From assembly GCA_964396415.1 (NCBI GenBank), contig CAYNFM010000002.1, positions 25,866-89,865 of the forward strand: a stretch of DNA of 64,000 nt, in the 5' to 3' direction. The translations under genes were made by a program, and so were the position numbers. Within the stretch, counting starts at the first letter, position 1; every line of letters begins with the position of its first letter. The notes beneath the pieces are model-generated. The model did no database searches, was not told the DNA's origin, and saw only the letters and a program-made list of their open reading frames with translations. Origin of the DNA: an uncultured Treponemataceae bacterium. Its GTDB lineage: Bacteria; Spirochaetota; Spirochaetia; Treponematales; Rectinemataceae. This document shows positions 1 through 9,157 of the stretch, one piece after another.

Positions 1-316
1 GCGCGAGCCACATGACGATGGCCGCCGTAAGGGTCCCGGCAAGGGAGAAAAGCGCCACGTACGAGAAGAGGGAGCCGGATATGACGCTCATGCCGAAAAC
101 CTTTACGAGGGCCAGGGCGAGGTACCAAGGCAGCGGAAGCAAGTCTACGGCGAGCAGGATGGGCAAGTTGGCGATGCCGAGTCGCATGAAGGGCAGGGGT
201 TTTGGCACCATGTATTCGAGGGCCGATAGGAAAAAGCAGAAGGCCCCTAGAAGGGCCGTGATATCGGCATAGGTCTTTCCCCTGGCGTCAGTAAACGGAG
301 GCGTCGACGCCGTCAT
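1..316 (-). CDS. Gx transporter family (heptaprenyl-diphosphate-synthase-component-I-like) membrane protein; 3' end runs off the window
   Basis: Not in the ORF track (no stop in window). Hand translation of the minus strand from ATG at 316 (AGGAGGAAAG just upstream) gives MTASTPPFTDARGKTYADITALLGAFCFFLSALEYMVPKPLPFMRLGIANLPILLAVDLL... This is hydrophobic and carries the EY-x-P-x-P-x-PF-x-RLG-x-AN style signature of this family. It overlaps the 3' end of the NusG_II gene, its usual partner. Confidence 0.6.
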   Translation of the reverse strand, partial: MTASTPPFTDARGKTYADITALLGAFCFFLSALEYMVPKPLPFMRLGIANLPILLAVDLLPLPWYLALALVKVFGMSVISGSLFSYVALFSLAGTLTAAIVMWLA

Positions 317-656
317 CTTTCCTCCTACCCTCGACGCTGACGAAGACTTGGTTGGGAAGGCAGGCCAGCCATTGCCCAGGCCTATCGATGGCGCCCGCCG
401 CGATGCAGGTCTTGTTGGGGCAGGGCGAGTCTATAATGCGTACGGACCTTCCCCTTATCAGCACGACGGTCTCGCCGAGAGGTCCGGCGATGCGGACTTC
501 CCGGTCCGTAGAAAGGGGGTACACCCACTCGCCGCCCTTGCCTTTGAGGACGGCGCTCTCCTGGCCGCCGCCGGGCCCATAGGCCGAGAGGGCAGCGAAG
601 GCGACGGCGCCCGCCGTCGCCAATGCTATGACTATATCGAGACCCTTGAGGCGCAT
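288..656 (-). CDS. NusG domain II-containing (DUF1312-like) small membrane-anchored protein
   Basis: Internal Met of ORF 288..851 (MRLKGLDIVIALATAGAVAFAAL = N-terminal TM helix). Chosen because the longer ORF would overlap slyD. Contains SPCPNKTC...ACLPN motifs typical of the family. Confidence 0.65.
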   Translation of the reverse strand: MRLKGLDIVIALATAGAVAFAALSAYGPGGGQESAVLKGKGGEWVYPLSTDREVRIAGPLGETVVLIRGRSVRIIDSPCPNKTCIAAGAIDRPGQWLACLPNQVFVSVEGRRKDDGVDASVY

Positions 657-678
657 GGGCGTCGCCGGCGACGCATCG

Positions 679-1224
679 CTAGCTCGAGCAATCGCATCCG
701 TCGTGTCCGCAGCCGGCACCGCAGGTTTCGCCTCGATTTCCGCCGCAGTCGCAGTTGCAGTCCCCATGGATGTGTCCGTGCTCGAGTTCTTCGGCGGTGG
801 CCTCGCGCACATCGACGACTTTGACCGTGAAATGAAGTTCCTCGCCGGCAAGCGGGTGGTTGGCGTCGATCGTGACTTCGTCGCCCTCGATTCCCATCAC
901 GGTGACGATCTGAGCTCCGTCCTCGCCATGAGCTTCGAATTGCATCCCGATCTCGATGGGCGTACCGTCGCCGAACTCGGATTTTTCGACCTTGAATACG
1001 AGAGCCTCATCGCGCTCGCCATAGCCTTCATTAGCGGGAACGATACAGGATATCTCGTCTCCTGCCTGCTTCCCTAAAAGCCGTCTTTCGAGACCCGCGA
1101 TGATGTTTTCGTTTCCGTGCAGATAAATAAGCGGTTCGGAAGAGTCCGACGAATCCAGTACCTCTCCCTCTGCGTCCTGAAGCTTATAGTCTATCGTCAC
1201 GACTCGATCTTTCTCGATGACCAT
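679..1224 (-). CDS. slyD: FKBP-type peptidyl-prolyl cis-trans isomerase SlyD with Cys/His-rich C-terminal tail
   Basis: 181 aa. N-terminus VVTIDYKLQDAEGEVLDSS...PLIYLHG and IF-domain region match SlyD. Tail is HGHIHGDCNCDCGGNRGETCGAGCGHDGCDCSS. Confidence 0.85.
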   Translation of the reverse strand: MVIEKDRVVTIDYKLQDAEGEVLDSSDSSEPLIYLHGNENIIAGLERRLLGKQAGDEISCIVPANEGYGERDEALVFKVEKSEFGDGTPIEIGMQFEAHGEDGAQIVTVMGIEGDEVTIDANHPLAGEELHFTVKVVDVREATAEELEHGHIHGDCNCDCGGNRGETCGAGCGHDGCDCSS

Positions 1225-1369
1225 TGCACATCCTTTCGGGGCAGCTTCCCCGCCTTACGCGAAAGAATAATGTATATATATTTCCCATATATGAAAAGAG
1301 GCATGAGCCTGTTCGCACCTAACCGAGAGGTCCGAAATTGCCGATAGTATCACTAGCCCGCGACACAGA

Positions 1370-3778
1370 ATGAACGAAACCCGAAGCAGAGCTTCGAGGT
1401 ATGGACCCGTTCGCGAATCAGGGAGTTCCATGTCAATGTCAGTCAGGCCAAGAGCTTCCATCTACAACATATTGCTCGGATCCGCCCTGGCCGCCTCGTC
1501 CGTCTTCTGTATCGCTTCGATCGTCGCGGCAAGCTCCGCGCCAGGGAATGAATCGTTTTTCATGAGCTCCGGCTCATTCCTCCTTGGAGCCTTTTCATGG
1601 GCCGCCGCCTTCGTTCCGCTCTGGCTGGCGGCCTCCGCCGTCATCGCTTTTACGCCGGGTTGGCGTCCGGCGTCGATCGTCGGCCTCGCCGGCTCGCTCC
1701 TTCCATTTCTCCCTCTCCTGGCCGTCGCACGTCTTGGCGTCGAGCCCGAACCCTTCCTCTCCGACCATCCATACCTGGAGTCTGTGGGACTCCCAGCCCT
1801 GATCGCCGCGGGCATCGCCCTCGCCCTCGCCCTCACCGCTTTCATAATCTACGTCGCGAAAGCCATCGCGAGCTTCGGCTTTTCCGAAACCAAGAGCCAT
1901 CCGCGCACGTATAGCGGCCTTCTTCCCCCTCCGCTTCCCTTTCCCCCTCCCGAAGCCGTCCGAGTCTCGGATCGCGAGAAGATGGAAGGAAGCTTCGATT
2001 TCCGAGTTCCCGAGCTTCCTCCCCTTCCCCGATTCCGCGCCATCGGTGAGATCGACGATGCGGAGGAAGCGGCGGAAGCCGAAGCTCCCGAGGCGGACCG
2101 CGACCGCGAGGAGACCCTCGTGGAGATCGAGGGCGAGCGCCGTATCGAGTTTACATCCGTGCCGCCCTCGCATGCCCTGGCCGCCGAGGCCACGAAGGCC
2201 GCCGCGCTCGAGCGCGTCCTTTCGCTCCAGGCCTCGAGGCGCAAGGACAAGCCCTACGCCGTCCCTTCGGAGGGCATCCTCACCGCCTATCCCGACGGCG
2301 AATACTGGATAGTCGACGAGAAGACCAAGCGCTCGGCCGAAGTGCTGCGCGAGACCTTGGCGGAGTTCAAGATCGAGGCCGAGGTGACGGGAATACGTAA
2401 AGGTCCCGTCATCACGATGTTCGAGATATTGCCCGCTCCGGGCGTCAAGCTTTCCAAGATCACGAATCTCGGAGACAACATCGCCCTGAGGCTCGCCGCC
2501 TCGAGCGTGCGCATCGTCGCCCCTATACCTGGCAAGCACGCGGTGGGCATCGAGGTCCCAAACGAAAGACGCTCGATCGTGTCCCTGCGCGAGATAGTCG
2601 AGAACGAAGCCTTTAAGACGACGAAGATGGAGATACCGATAATACTCGGCAAGGATATCGCAGGCGAGGCGCAGTTCATCGACCTAACCCAGACGCCCCA
2701 CCTCCTCATCGCCGGGGCTACCGGCTCGGGAAAGTCCGTCTGCGTGAATTCGATAATCCTCTCCATCCTCTACAGACGCTCTCCCCATGAGGTGAAGCTC
2801 CTTCTCATCGACCCCAAGATCGTCGAGCTCAAGCTCTACAACGACATACCCCACCTTCTCACGCCGGTCATCACCGAGCCCAAGCGGGCATTCCAGGCGC
2901 TGCAATACTGCATCTGCGAAATGGAGCGACGCTATAGTCTCCTCGACCGCGCCGGAGTTCGCGACGTGAAGAATTTCAATCGCAAGATCCGGGACAAAGG
3001 CTACGCCGCCGAACGCTTGCCCTATATCGTCGTAATCATAGACGAGTTCGCCGACCTCATGGCCACGACCGGAAAGGAGCTCGAGTCCACCCTCGCGCGG
3101 CTCGCGGCCATGTCGCGCGCCGTAGGCATACACCTCGTGCTCGCCACCCAGCGGCCGAGCATCGACGTCATCACCGGCCTTATCAAGGCCAACATCCCCA
3201 GCCGCATCGCCTTCATGGTCGCGAGCAAGTTCGACAGCCGCATAATCATCGACATGGTGGGGGCCGAGAAGCTACTCGGACGGGGGGATATGCTCGTCGC
3301 CACCGCGTGGGACCCCTTCCCCATACGCATGCAGGGGGCCTACGTCTCGGAAGAGGAGGTCGAAAAGGCCGTCGAGTTCGTGAAGACGCTGGGCGAGCCT
3401 GAATATATCGACGAAGAGATATTCATCGACGAGGACGACGAGGACGAGCCTTCCCTCTTCGGCGACGAGGACGACGACCCGCTCTTCGAGAAAGCTCTGG
3501 AGATCGTCCTCCAGCAGGGAAAGGCAAGCGCCTCCTACATACAGAGGAGGCTCAAGATAGGCTACAATCGCGCGTCGCGCCTGGTCGAGCTCATGGAGGA
3601 GAAGGGAATCGTCGGTCCCGCCAAGGGCTCGAAGCCCCGCGACCTCATTCACAATCCCGACGTGCTCGGGCGCCAGGCCGCGTCGCGCGAGCTTTCCCGT
3701 CAACCGAGCCTCCTGCCCGACGTCGAGACCGCGCCCGGCCAGCGCGTGACGGGCAAGAGCGAGGCCGAGACCGATTAG
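1370..3778 (+). CDS. ftsK: DNA translocase FtsK
   Basis: 802 aa. N-terminal TM helices, Pro/acidic linker, Walker A GATGSGKS, Walker B IIDEFADL, C-terminal gamma wHTH (ASYIQRRLKIGYNRASRLVELMEEKGIVG). The start may instead be Met21/23 (1430/1436), which has AGGGAG upstream. Confidence 0.9.
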   Translation: MNETRSRASRYGPVRESGSSMSMSVRPRASIYNILLGSALAASSVFCIASIVAASSAPGNESFFMSSGSFLLGAFSWAAAFVPLWLAASAVIAFTPGWRPASIVGLAGSLLPFLPLLAVARLGVEPEPFLSDHPYLESVGLPALIAAGIALALALTAFIIYVAKAIASFGFSETKSHPRTYSGLLPPPLPFPPPEAVRVSDREKMEGSFDFRVPELPPLPRFRAIGEIDDAEEAAEAEAPEADRDREETLVEIEGERRIEFTSVPPSHALAAEATKAAALERVLSLQASRRKDKPYAVPSEGILTAYPDGEYWIVDEKTKRSAEVLRETLAEFKIEAEVTGIRKGPVITMFEILPAPGVKLSKITNLGDNIALRLAASSVRIVAPIPGKHAVGIEVPNERRSIVSLREIVENEAFKTTKMEIPIILGKDIAGEAQFIDLTQTPHLLIAGATGSGKSVCVNSIILSILYRRSPHEVKLLLIDPKIVELKLYNDIPHLLTPVITEPKRAFQALQYCICEMERRYSLLDRAGVRDVKNFNRKIRDKGYAAERLPYIVVIIDEFADLMATTGKELESTLARLAAMSRAVGIHLVLATQRPSIDVITGLIKANIPSRIAFMVASKFDSRIIIDMVGAEKLLGRGDMLVATAWDPFPIRMQGAYVSEEEVEKAVEFVKTLGEPEYIDEEIFIDEDDEDEPSLFGDEDDDPLFEKALEIVLQQGKASASYIQRRLKIGYNRASRLVELMEEKGIVGPAKGSKPRDLIHNPDVLGRQAASRELSRQPSLLPDVETAPGQRVTGKSEAETD

Positions 3779-3947
3779 GCGCGGAACGTAGCGGATCGCG
3801 CCCCGACCAGGGCACCGCCCGAACGGATCGCGCGGCTCGGCTTGTCTGGTAGGCGAAAAGCCGGTTATGCGCTGCTCCTCGCACCATCCATATGGAAGAA
3901 CATTTCGGGGAAGTATAGTATTCACTCGGTCCGAAGGGGGGCCTCCA

Positions 3948-5162
3948 ATGCGCAAGATAGGCATCATCGGCGGAGGCCAGCTCGGGCGAATGGCTATCGA
4001 AGAGGCGAGGAAGTATCTCGCCTACATCGAAGTCCTCACGCCCGAGTACCCCTCGCCCGCGGCCGAGATAGCGGACGCCGCGCACGTTGGACTTCTTGCC
4101 GACTACGAGTCGGTGCTCGAATTCGCGGAGGAAATGGATATCCTGTCCTATGAGATCGAGGGCGTCAGCATAGAGGCGCTGCGCGAACTCGAGCGCCGCG
4201 GCAAGATCGTCCTCCCCGCCGCCGGGATACTGGCCGCGATACGCGACAAGCCCGAGCAGAAGCGAGTCCTCGGCGCCGCCGGCATACCGACGGCGGCCTC
4301 CGCCCTAGTAGAAGGTGAAGCGCCCACGGCGGCCTCGCTTTCCGCGGCCGCGGCCGCCCTCGGCGGCTTTCCTCTCGTGCAGAAAGCTCGTTCCGGAGGC
4401 TACGACGGCCGCGGAGTCTCGATAGTGGAGGGCCCGGAGGGCCCGGACATCCTGGCTTGTCCTTCCTTCCTCGAAGAAAAGGTGGATATCGAGAAGGAGC
4501 TCTCCGTCGTCGTCGCCCTGGCCCCCGACGGCTCCACGGCGGTCTATCCCTGCGTCGAGATGGTCTTCGACCCCCGGGCCAATCTCTGCGACTCGGTGCT
4601 GGCGCCCGCCCGAGTCGAGGTGGCGCAACGCGACCGGGCCGAGGCGCTCGCCCTCGCCTGCGTCGCCGCGCTTTGCGAGGCCTCCGTCGCCTCGGGCTCG
4701 CCCCGCTCTGGCTCGGCGGGAGTTTTCGGCGTCGAGATGTTCCTGACGCGCTCGGGCGGGCTTCTGGTCAACGAGGTCGCGCCCCGGCCGCACAACTCGG
4801 GCCACTTCAGCATAGAGGCCTGCGTCTCGAGCCAATTCGACCAGTACATCCGCCTCCTCCTCGGCCATCCCCTCGGCTCTCCCGAGCTCCTGGTCCCGGC
4901 CATGATGGTCAATCTCTTCGGCGAGCCGGGAGAGTCGGGAAAGCCCGAGTATCTCGGCCTCAAGGAGGCCCTGGCCATACCGGGAGTCACCATCCACCTT
5001 TATGGGAAGCGAGAGCTCCGTCCCTTCCGCAAAATGGGGCACCTGACCGCGCAAGGCGCGACGGCCGAGGAGACGATAGCTCGAGCGGAGTCCGCGAGGA
5101 AACGCATCAGGATCGTAGCGCGGAATAATCCGATGAAACAAGCGCCGCGGTTCGCGCCATAG
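3948..5162 (+). CDS. purK: N5-carboxyaminoimidazole ribonucleotide synthase PurK (ATP-grasp)
   Basis: Trimmed from ORF 3867 to MRKIGIIGGGQLGRM (GAAGGGGGG RBS upstream). ATP-grasp body with NEVAPRPHNSGH motif. Confidence 0.85.
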   Translation: MRKIGIIGGGQLGRMAIEEARKYLAYIEVLTPEYPSPAAEIADAAHVGLLADYESVLEFAEEMDILSYEIEGVSIEALRELERRGKIVLPAAGILAAIRDKPEQKRVLGAAGIPTAASALVEGEAPTAASLSAAAAALGGFPLVQKARSGGYDGRGVSIVEGPEGPDILACPSFLEEKVDIEKELSVVVALAPDGSTAVYPCVEMVFDPRANLCDSVLAPARVEVAQRDRAEALALACVAALCEASVASGSPRSGSAGVFGVEMFLTRSGGLLVNEVAPRPHNSGHFSIEACVSSQFDQYIRLLLGHPLGSPELLVPAMMVNLFGEPGESGKPEYLGLKEALAIPGVTIHLYGKRELRPFRKMGHLTAQGATAEETIARAESARKRIRIVARNNPMKQAPRFAP

Positions 5163-5195
5163 CGCAAGAGGAGGCGCATAGGCTAGGCTAGGCCC

Positions 5196-5903
5196 ATGAT
5201 AACGGACGAGGGCTTTTCCTTCGCTTTCGACCCGAGCCTGAACGGAAGCCGCATCCGAGCCGCCCTCGTCTGGGCGCGCGACCTGCCGGGCAGCCCCAAG
5301 ACTGGGGCGCCTCCGCCTTACCTATCGTCCTTGCTCGCGCGCGTGCGCGAAACGGGGGAAGCCTTCCTGCCGCCGGAGCGGAAGGCTGCCGTGCGCGACA
5401 TGCTGCGGCACGGGAAGTACAAGCCCGCCGGTCGGGCCAAGCCTTCAAGCGAGTACCTCCTCGCGGCGGCCCTGAAACCGGAGCTCGAAGGCGGCTTTCC
5501 CCTGGTCAACGGCCTCGTGGACGTCAACAACGCGGTGAGCCTGGAGTGGGGCTATCCGGCAAGCATCTTCGACGCAGCCAAGGCGGGAAGGGAGCTGTTT
5601 TTGAGACGCGGCGCAGCGGGGGAATCCTATATCTTCAACCACTCGGGTCAGGAAATCGATCTCCAGGATCTCCTGGTCGTCTGCCGACGTTCCTCCGAGG
5701 GATGGGCGCCCTGCGGCAACCCCGTCAAGGACGCGATGGCAACCAAGGTATTCGACGATGCGCGCGATGTCGTCGCAGTCGTCTACGCTCCCGCGGCCGA
5801 GAGCGCCGAACGGCTCGCCGCCTGCGCCTCCCGTTTCCGGGAACTGCTTGAAACGGAATGCGACGCGGCGCAATCCGGATATTCGATCATGGAGGCGATA
5901 TGA
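5196..5903 (+). CDS. B3/B4 (Phe-tRNA-synthetase beta-like) domain-containing protein
   Basis: 235 aa. PLVNGLVDVNNAVSLEWGYPASIFD resembles the B3_4 domain core. Stop overlaps the next start (ATGA). Confidence 0.55.
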   Translation: MITDEGFSFAFDPSLNGSRIRAALVWARDLPGSPKTGAPPPYLSSLLARVRETGEAFLPPERKAAVRDMLRHGKYKPAGRAKPSSEYLLAAALKPELEGGFPLVNGLVDVNNAVSLEWGYPASIFDAAKAGRELFLRRGAAGESYIFNHSGQEIDLQDLLVVCRRSSEGWAPCGNPVKDAMATKVFDDARDVVAVVYAPAAESAERLAACASRFRELLETECDAAQSGYSIMEAI

Positions 5904-6898
5904 GAGTATTGTTCATCGGAGGGACGGGAAACCTGTCCGGCGATTGCACCTTGCGCGCCCTGGCGAAGGGGATGGAAGTCTGGCATCTCAATAGAGGGAC
6001 GAAGGCTCGCGAGACCGCGGCGGGCGTCGTAACGCTGTCCGCCGACGTCAGGGACGAGGCGGCGGCCGTTCGGGCGCTCGGGCGCGAGCGCTTCGACGCC
6101 GTCGTGGATTTCGTGGCGTTCAGCCGCGACCACATCGAAGAGGACATCCGGCTCTTCAGCGGCCGGACGCGGCAATTCATGTTCATCAGCTCGGCATCGG
6201 CCTACCGAAAGCCTCCCGTGCACCACGTGATCACCGAGTCGACGCCTCTCGTGAATCCATTCTGGAAATACTCCAGAGACAAGATCGATTGCGAGAGGCG
6301 GCTGGAGGAGGAGTTCCGATCGAAGGGCTTTCCCTATACCGTCGTGAGGCCCTCGCACACGTATTGCTCCAGATGGATGCCCACGGCCTTCGGCTCGGCC
6401 GATTTCACGGTGCCCAAGCGCCTGCGAGACGGCCGAAGAGTCGTCATCCACGGAGACGGGCAATCCCTATGGACGCTGACCCATGCCCGCGATTTCGCCG
6501 TAGGGCTCGTCGGCCTCCTAGGCAACCCCGCGGCCATCGGCGAATCCGTGCAGATCATGGGCGATCAGGTCCTGACCTGGGACGCGATCCACGCGACCAT
6601 CTCGGCCGCCCTCGGAGCCGAGCCGCCCAAAGTCGTCCACGTTCCATCGGATTTCATCGCGACCGTAGATCCGGAGCTCGGCCCTCACTTCCTGGGCGAC
6701 AAGACCTATAGCGCCCTCTTCGATTGTTCCAAACTCAAGCGGCTCGTGCCGGAATTCCGCACGACGGTAAGCTTCCAGGAGGGCATGCGCGAATCGGCCG
6801 AGTGGTTCATGGCGGATCCCCATAGGCAAAAGATCGATCCGGCCCTCGACGCGACGATAGACTCCATCCTCGCGGCATGGGACGGAAAGGCCCCTTAG
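5900..6898 (+). CDS. NAD-dependent epimerase/dehydratase (extended SDR)
   Basis: Start taken at MRVLFIGGTGNLSG (Rossmann GxxGxxG), overlapping the previous stop. YxxxK-like YSRDK present. Confidence 0.75.
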   Translation: MRVLFIGGTGNLSGDCTLRALAKGMEVWHLNRGTKARETAAGVVTLSADVRDEAAAVRALGRERFDAVVDFVAFSRDHIEEDIRLFSGRTRQFMFISSASAYRKPPVHHVITESTPLVNPFWKYSRDKIDCERRLEEEFRSKGFPYTVVRPSHTYCSRWMPTAFGSADFTVPKRLRDGRRVVIHGDGQSLWTLTHARDFAVGLVGLLGNPAAIGESVQIMGDQVLTWDAIHATISAALGAEPPKVVHVPSDFIATVDPELGPHFLGDKTYSALFDCSKLKRLVPEFRTTVSFQEGMRESAEWFMADPHRQKIDPALDATIDSILAAWDGKAP

Positions 6899-7422
6899 TC
6901 CTTCCCTCCGAAGAGGCTGTCTACCAAGGCGTCTACGTCTTCCTGGACCATATCCGACTTGCGCTCGTAGGCGAGTTCCTGGTTGGCGAGCCTGAGCTTG
7001 CGTAAAAGACCGTAAATCAGGACAAGGAGTATCTTATTGCCGGCCTCTGAGTGACGCTTCAGGAATCCGGCCAGCTCCGCGCGGTGCATCCTCAGTATTA
7101 TCGTCTTTTCCTGAGCCGTGACGGTAGCGGTACGGGGCACCTTCATGAAGATGCCCGCCTCCCCGAAGACGTCCCCGGCCCCAAGGGAGTTGACGTAGAC
7201 TTTTTTGTCCTCCTCGCCGACGCTTATCGATACCGTGCCTTCCGCGATACCGAAAAAATAGGGGCTCAGCTCCCCCTCTTCGACGATAACCTCGCCCTCC
7301 TCGAATTCGAGGGCTTCGGAGTGGTCGATGAGATCGAGAAGCTCGGCATCCCCGAGGAAGCGGAAGGTAACTATACCGCGAACGGGAGCGATCAGGAAGA
7401 CAGTGTCGGTCAGAGTTTTCAT
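6895..7422 (-). CDS. stand-alone cyclic nucleotide-binding domain protein
   Basis: 175 aa. cNMP-binding cassette GDVFGEAGIF...PRTATVTA (FGE...R[ST]A). Coiled C-terminus, no DNA-binding domain. Confidence 0.75.
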   Translation of the reverse strand: MKTLTDTVFLIAPVRGIVTFRFLGDAELLDLIDHSEALEFEEGEVIVEEGELSPYFFGIAEGTVSISVGEEDKKVYVNSLGAGDVFGEAGIFMKVPRTATVTAQEKTIILRMHRAELAGFLKRHSEAGNKILLVLIYGLLRKLRLANQELAYERKSDMVQEDVDALVDSLFGGKD

Positions 7423-7539
7423 AGTATTATTATGAGACAGCCTCGGGGACTCCTCAAGGACAATTCGACGATTCCGCTATAAGCGGCATTGCTGGAGCCC
7501 CGTTGCCCATAGGGATCCCGACGTCATATCATCAAGCGG

Positions 7540-8082
7540 ATGCTTGCGATGAAAACAGTTCTCGTAGGAATAATCATGGGCTCCGACTCGGACCTCGCCG
7601 TCATGGCCGGAACCGCGCGCGTCCTCGCCGAACTAGGCATCGAATGCGAAACGACCATCGTGTCCGCGCATAGGACGCCCGGCCGCCTCGTGGAGTACGC
7701 AAGGGGAGCGGCCGCGCGCGGCATCGAGGTGATAGTCGCGGGAGCGGGAGGCGCGGCCCACCTGCCCGGCATGACGGCGAGCCTAACTACCCTGCCCGTC
7801 ATCGGAGTGCCGATACGGGGAAAGGCTTTCGATGGCCTCGATAGCCTCTTGTCCATAGTCCAGATGCCGCCGGGCATTCCCGTCGCCGCGGTCGCCGTGG
7901 ATGGGGGACGTAACGCGGGCCTCCTCGCCGCGCGCATTCTCGCTACGTCTCGTCCCCCTCTCGCCAAGGCCCTCGCCGAATACGCCGCCCGAATGGAGGC
8001 AGAGGTACTGGCCAAGGCGGAAAGGCTTGAGGCGCTCGGACCGGATGACTATGCCCGGCCCGAATCGGGATCCCTTAAGTAA
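7540..8082 (+). CDS. purE: N5-CAIR mutase PurE
   Basis: 180 aa. [25 protein letters not shown] motifs. Confidence 0.9.
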   Translation: MLAMKTVLVGIIMGSDSDLAVMAGTARVLAELGIECETTIVSAHRTPGRLVEYARGAAARGIEVIVAGAGGAAHLPGMTASLTTLPVIGVPIRGKAFDGLDSLLSIVQMPPGIPVAAVAVDGGRNAGLLAARILATSRPPLAKALAEYAARMEAEVLAKAERLEALGPDDYARPESGSLK

Positions 8083-8093
8083 GTGCATCCGAA

Positions 8094-9080
8094 ATGGAAA
8101 TCTTGGGAATAGAGGACAACGCGCTCCGCCGCGCGGGAGAATGTATCGCTGCCGGTGGACTCGTAGCCTTCCCGACCGAGACCGTCTATGGCCTCGGGGC
8201 CGATGCCTTCGACTCCCGCGCGGTGGCGCGCATCTTCGAGGCGAAGGCCCGGCCGAGCTTCGACCCCCTCATCGTGCACGTGAGCTCGATGGACGAGGTG
8301 GCCAGAGTCGCCGACGCGAGCGGGCATAAGGCCCGCGCCCTCATGAGGGCGCTATGGCCCGGTCCCTTGACCCTCGTCCTGCCTAAGCGGGAAGAGGTGC
8401 CCGATATCGTCACGAGCGGCCTCGGAACGGTGGCCATCCGCCTGCCGGCCAATTCCGTTGCGCGCGCGATCATCGCCTATTCCGGAACCGCTGTTGCCGC
8501 GCCCAGCGCGAATCCTTTCGGCTACCTTTCTCCCACGCTGGCCGAACACGTCGCGCGGGGACTGGGAGGCAAGGTGGATCTCATCGTCGACGGAGGTCCT
8601 TGCGCCGTAGGAGTGGAATCTACCGTCCTCGATATGACCGTCGATCCGCCTCGCATCCTCCGGCCCGGCGGAATGACCATCGAAGCGATCGAGGCCGTGA
8701 TCGGGTCTATAGGCGCGCGCGCGGCAGCCGACTCCCTCCCGATCGCGAGCCCCGGCCTCCTCGAGAGCCACTACGCCCCTCGCACGCCCTTGTATCTGAT
8801 CGACGCCGGGACGATCGGCTCGGCCAAGCCGAGGGGAAGGGCCGCGGCCGTCATCCTGGGCGCGGCCTCGGGCGACGGCTTAGAGGCTGGGACCGGACGC
8901 TTCGCCCTCGTGCGGTGCCTTTCGCCGACGGGCGATCTCGTAGAGGCCGCAGCTGGGCTCTTCGCCGCCCTCCACGAGCTCGACGCGGGAGGCTACGACG
9001 AGATATGGGCCGAGTTGGCGCCCGACCGCGGCCTCGGCGCGGCGATCAACGACAGGCTCCTTAAAGCATCGAAGAAGTGA
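8094..9080 (+). CDS. tsaC: L-threonylcarbamoyladenylate synthase (Sua5/YwlC long form of TsaC)
   Basis: 328 aa. YrdC domain motif FPTETVYGLGADA plus a C-terminal Sua5 domain. Confidence 0.85.
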   Translation: MEILGIEDNALRRAGECIAAGGLVAFPTETVYGLGADAFDSRAVARIFEAKARPSFDPLIVHVSSMDEVARVADASGHKARALMRALWPGPLTLVLPKREEVPDIVTSGLGTVAIRLPANSVARAIIAYSGTAVAAPSANPFGYLSPTLAEHVARGLGGKVDLIVDGGPCAVGVESTVLDMTVDPPRILRPGGMTIEAIEAVIGSIGARAAADSLPIASPGLLESHYAPRTPLYLIDAGTIGSAKPRGRAAAVILGAASGDGLEAGTGRFALVRCLSPTGDLVEAAAGLFAALHELDAGGYDEIWAELAPDRGLGAAINDRLLKASKK

Positions 9081-9157
9081 ACCTTTTCCTTCTTGCGATA
9101 TTTCGTTAATCTCCCCGGTCCGACTTCCGATATTCGAAATGGAGGAAGGAGACCGAT

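Noticed and set aside
12-272. 86-aa plus-strand ORF at the left edge
   Set aside because: The opposite strand encodes a clean hydrophobic Gx-transporter-family N-terminus with an RBS. The plus-strand product is basic and low-complexity.
1595-2539. 314-aa ORF antisense to ftsK. Similar long antisense or off-frame ORFs occur at 11912..12988, 36074..37048, 47678..48607, 49111..49923, 51869..53008, 59852..60805 and 4305..5141.
   Set aside because: All lie opposite or out of frame to genes with strong family motifs. All have skewed Arg/Gly/Asp/Pro composition and lack RBS or domain signatures. They are expected consequences of stop-codon scarcity in GC-rich DNA.
3779-3947. Possible ZTP or purine riboswitch in the purK leader (CTGGTAGGCGAAAAGCC). 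Also checked: 7423..7539 upstream of purE.
   Set aside because: No GACUGGCG...CCGCCUGGGC pseudoknot partner and no purine-riboswitch junction consensus could be aligned by eye. The only features are a GGATCGCGC direct repeat and a GC hairpin after ftsK. This needs an Infernal scan to be certain.
7493-7506. TGGAGCCCCGTTGC upstream of purE, resembling a sigma-54 promoter
   Set aside because: The GG-to-GC spacing is 11 nt, not the required 12, and GCA of the -24 box is missing. Sigma-54 spacing is strict.
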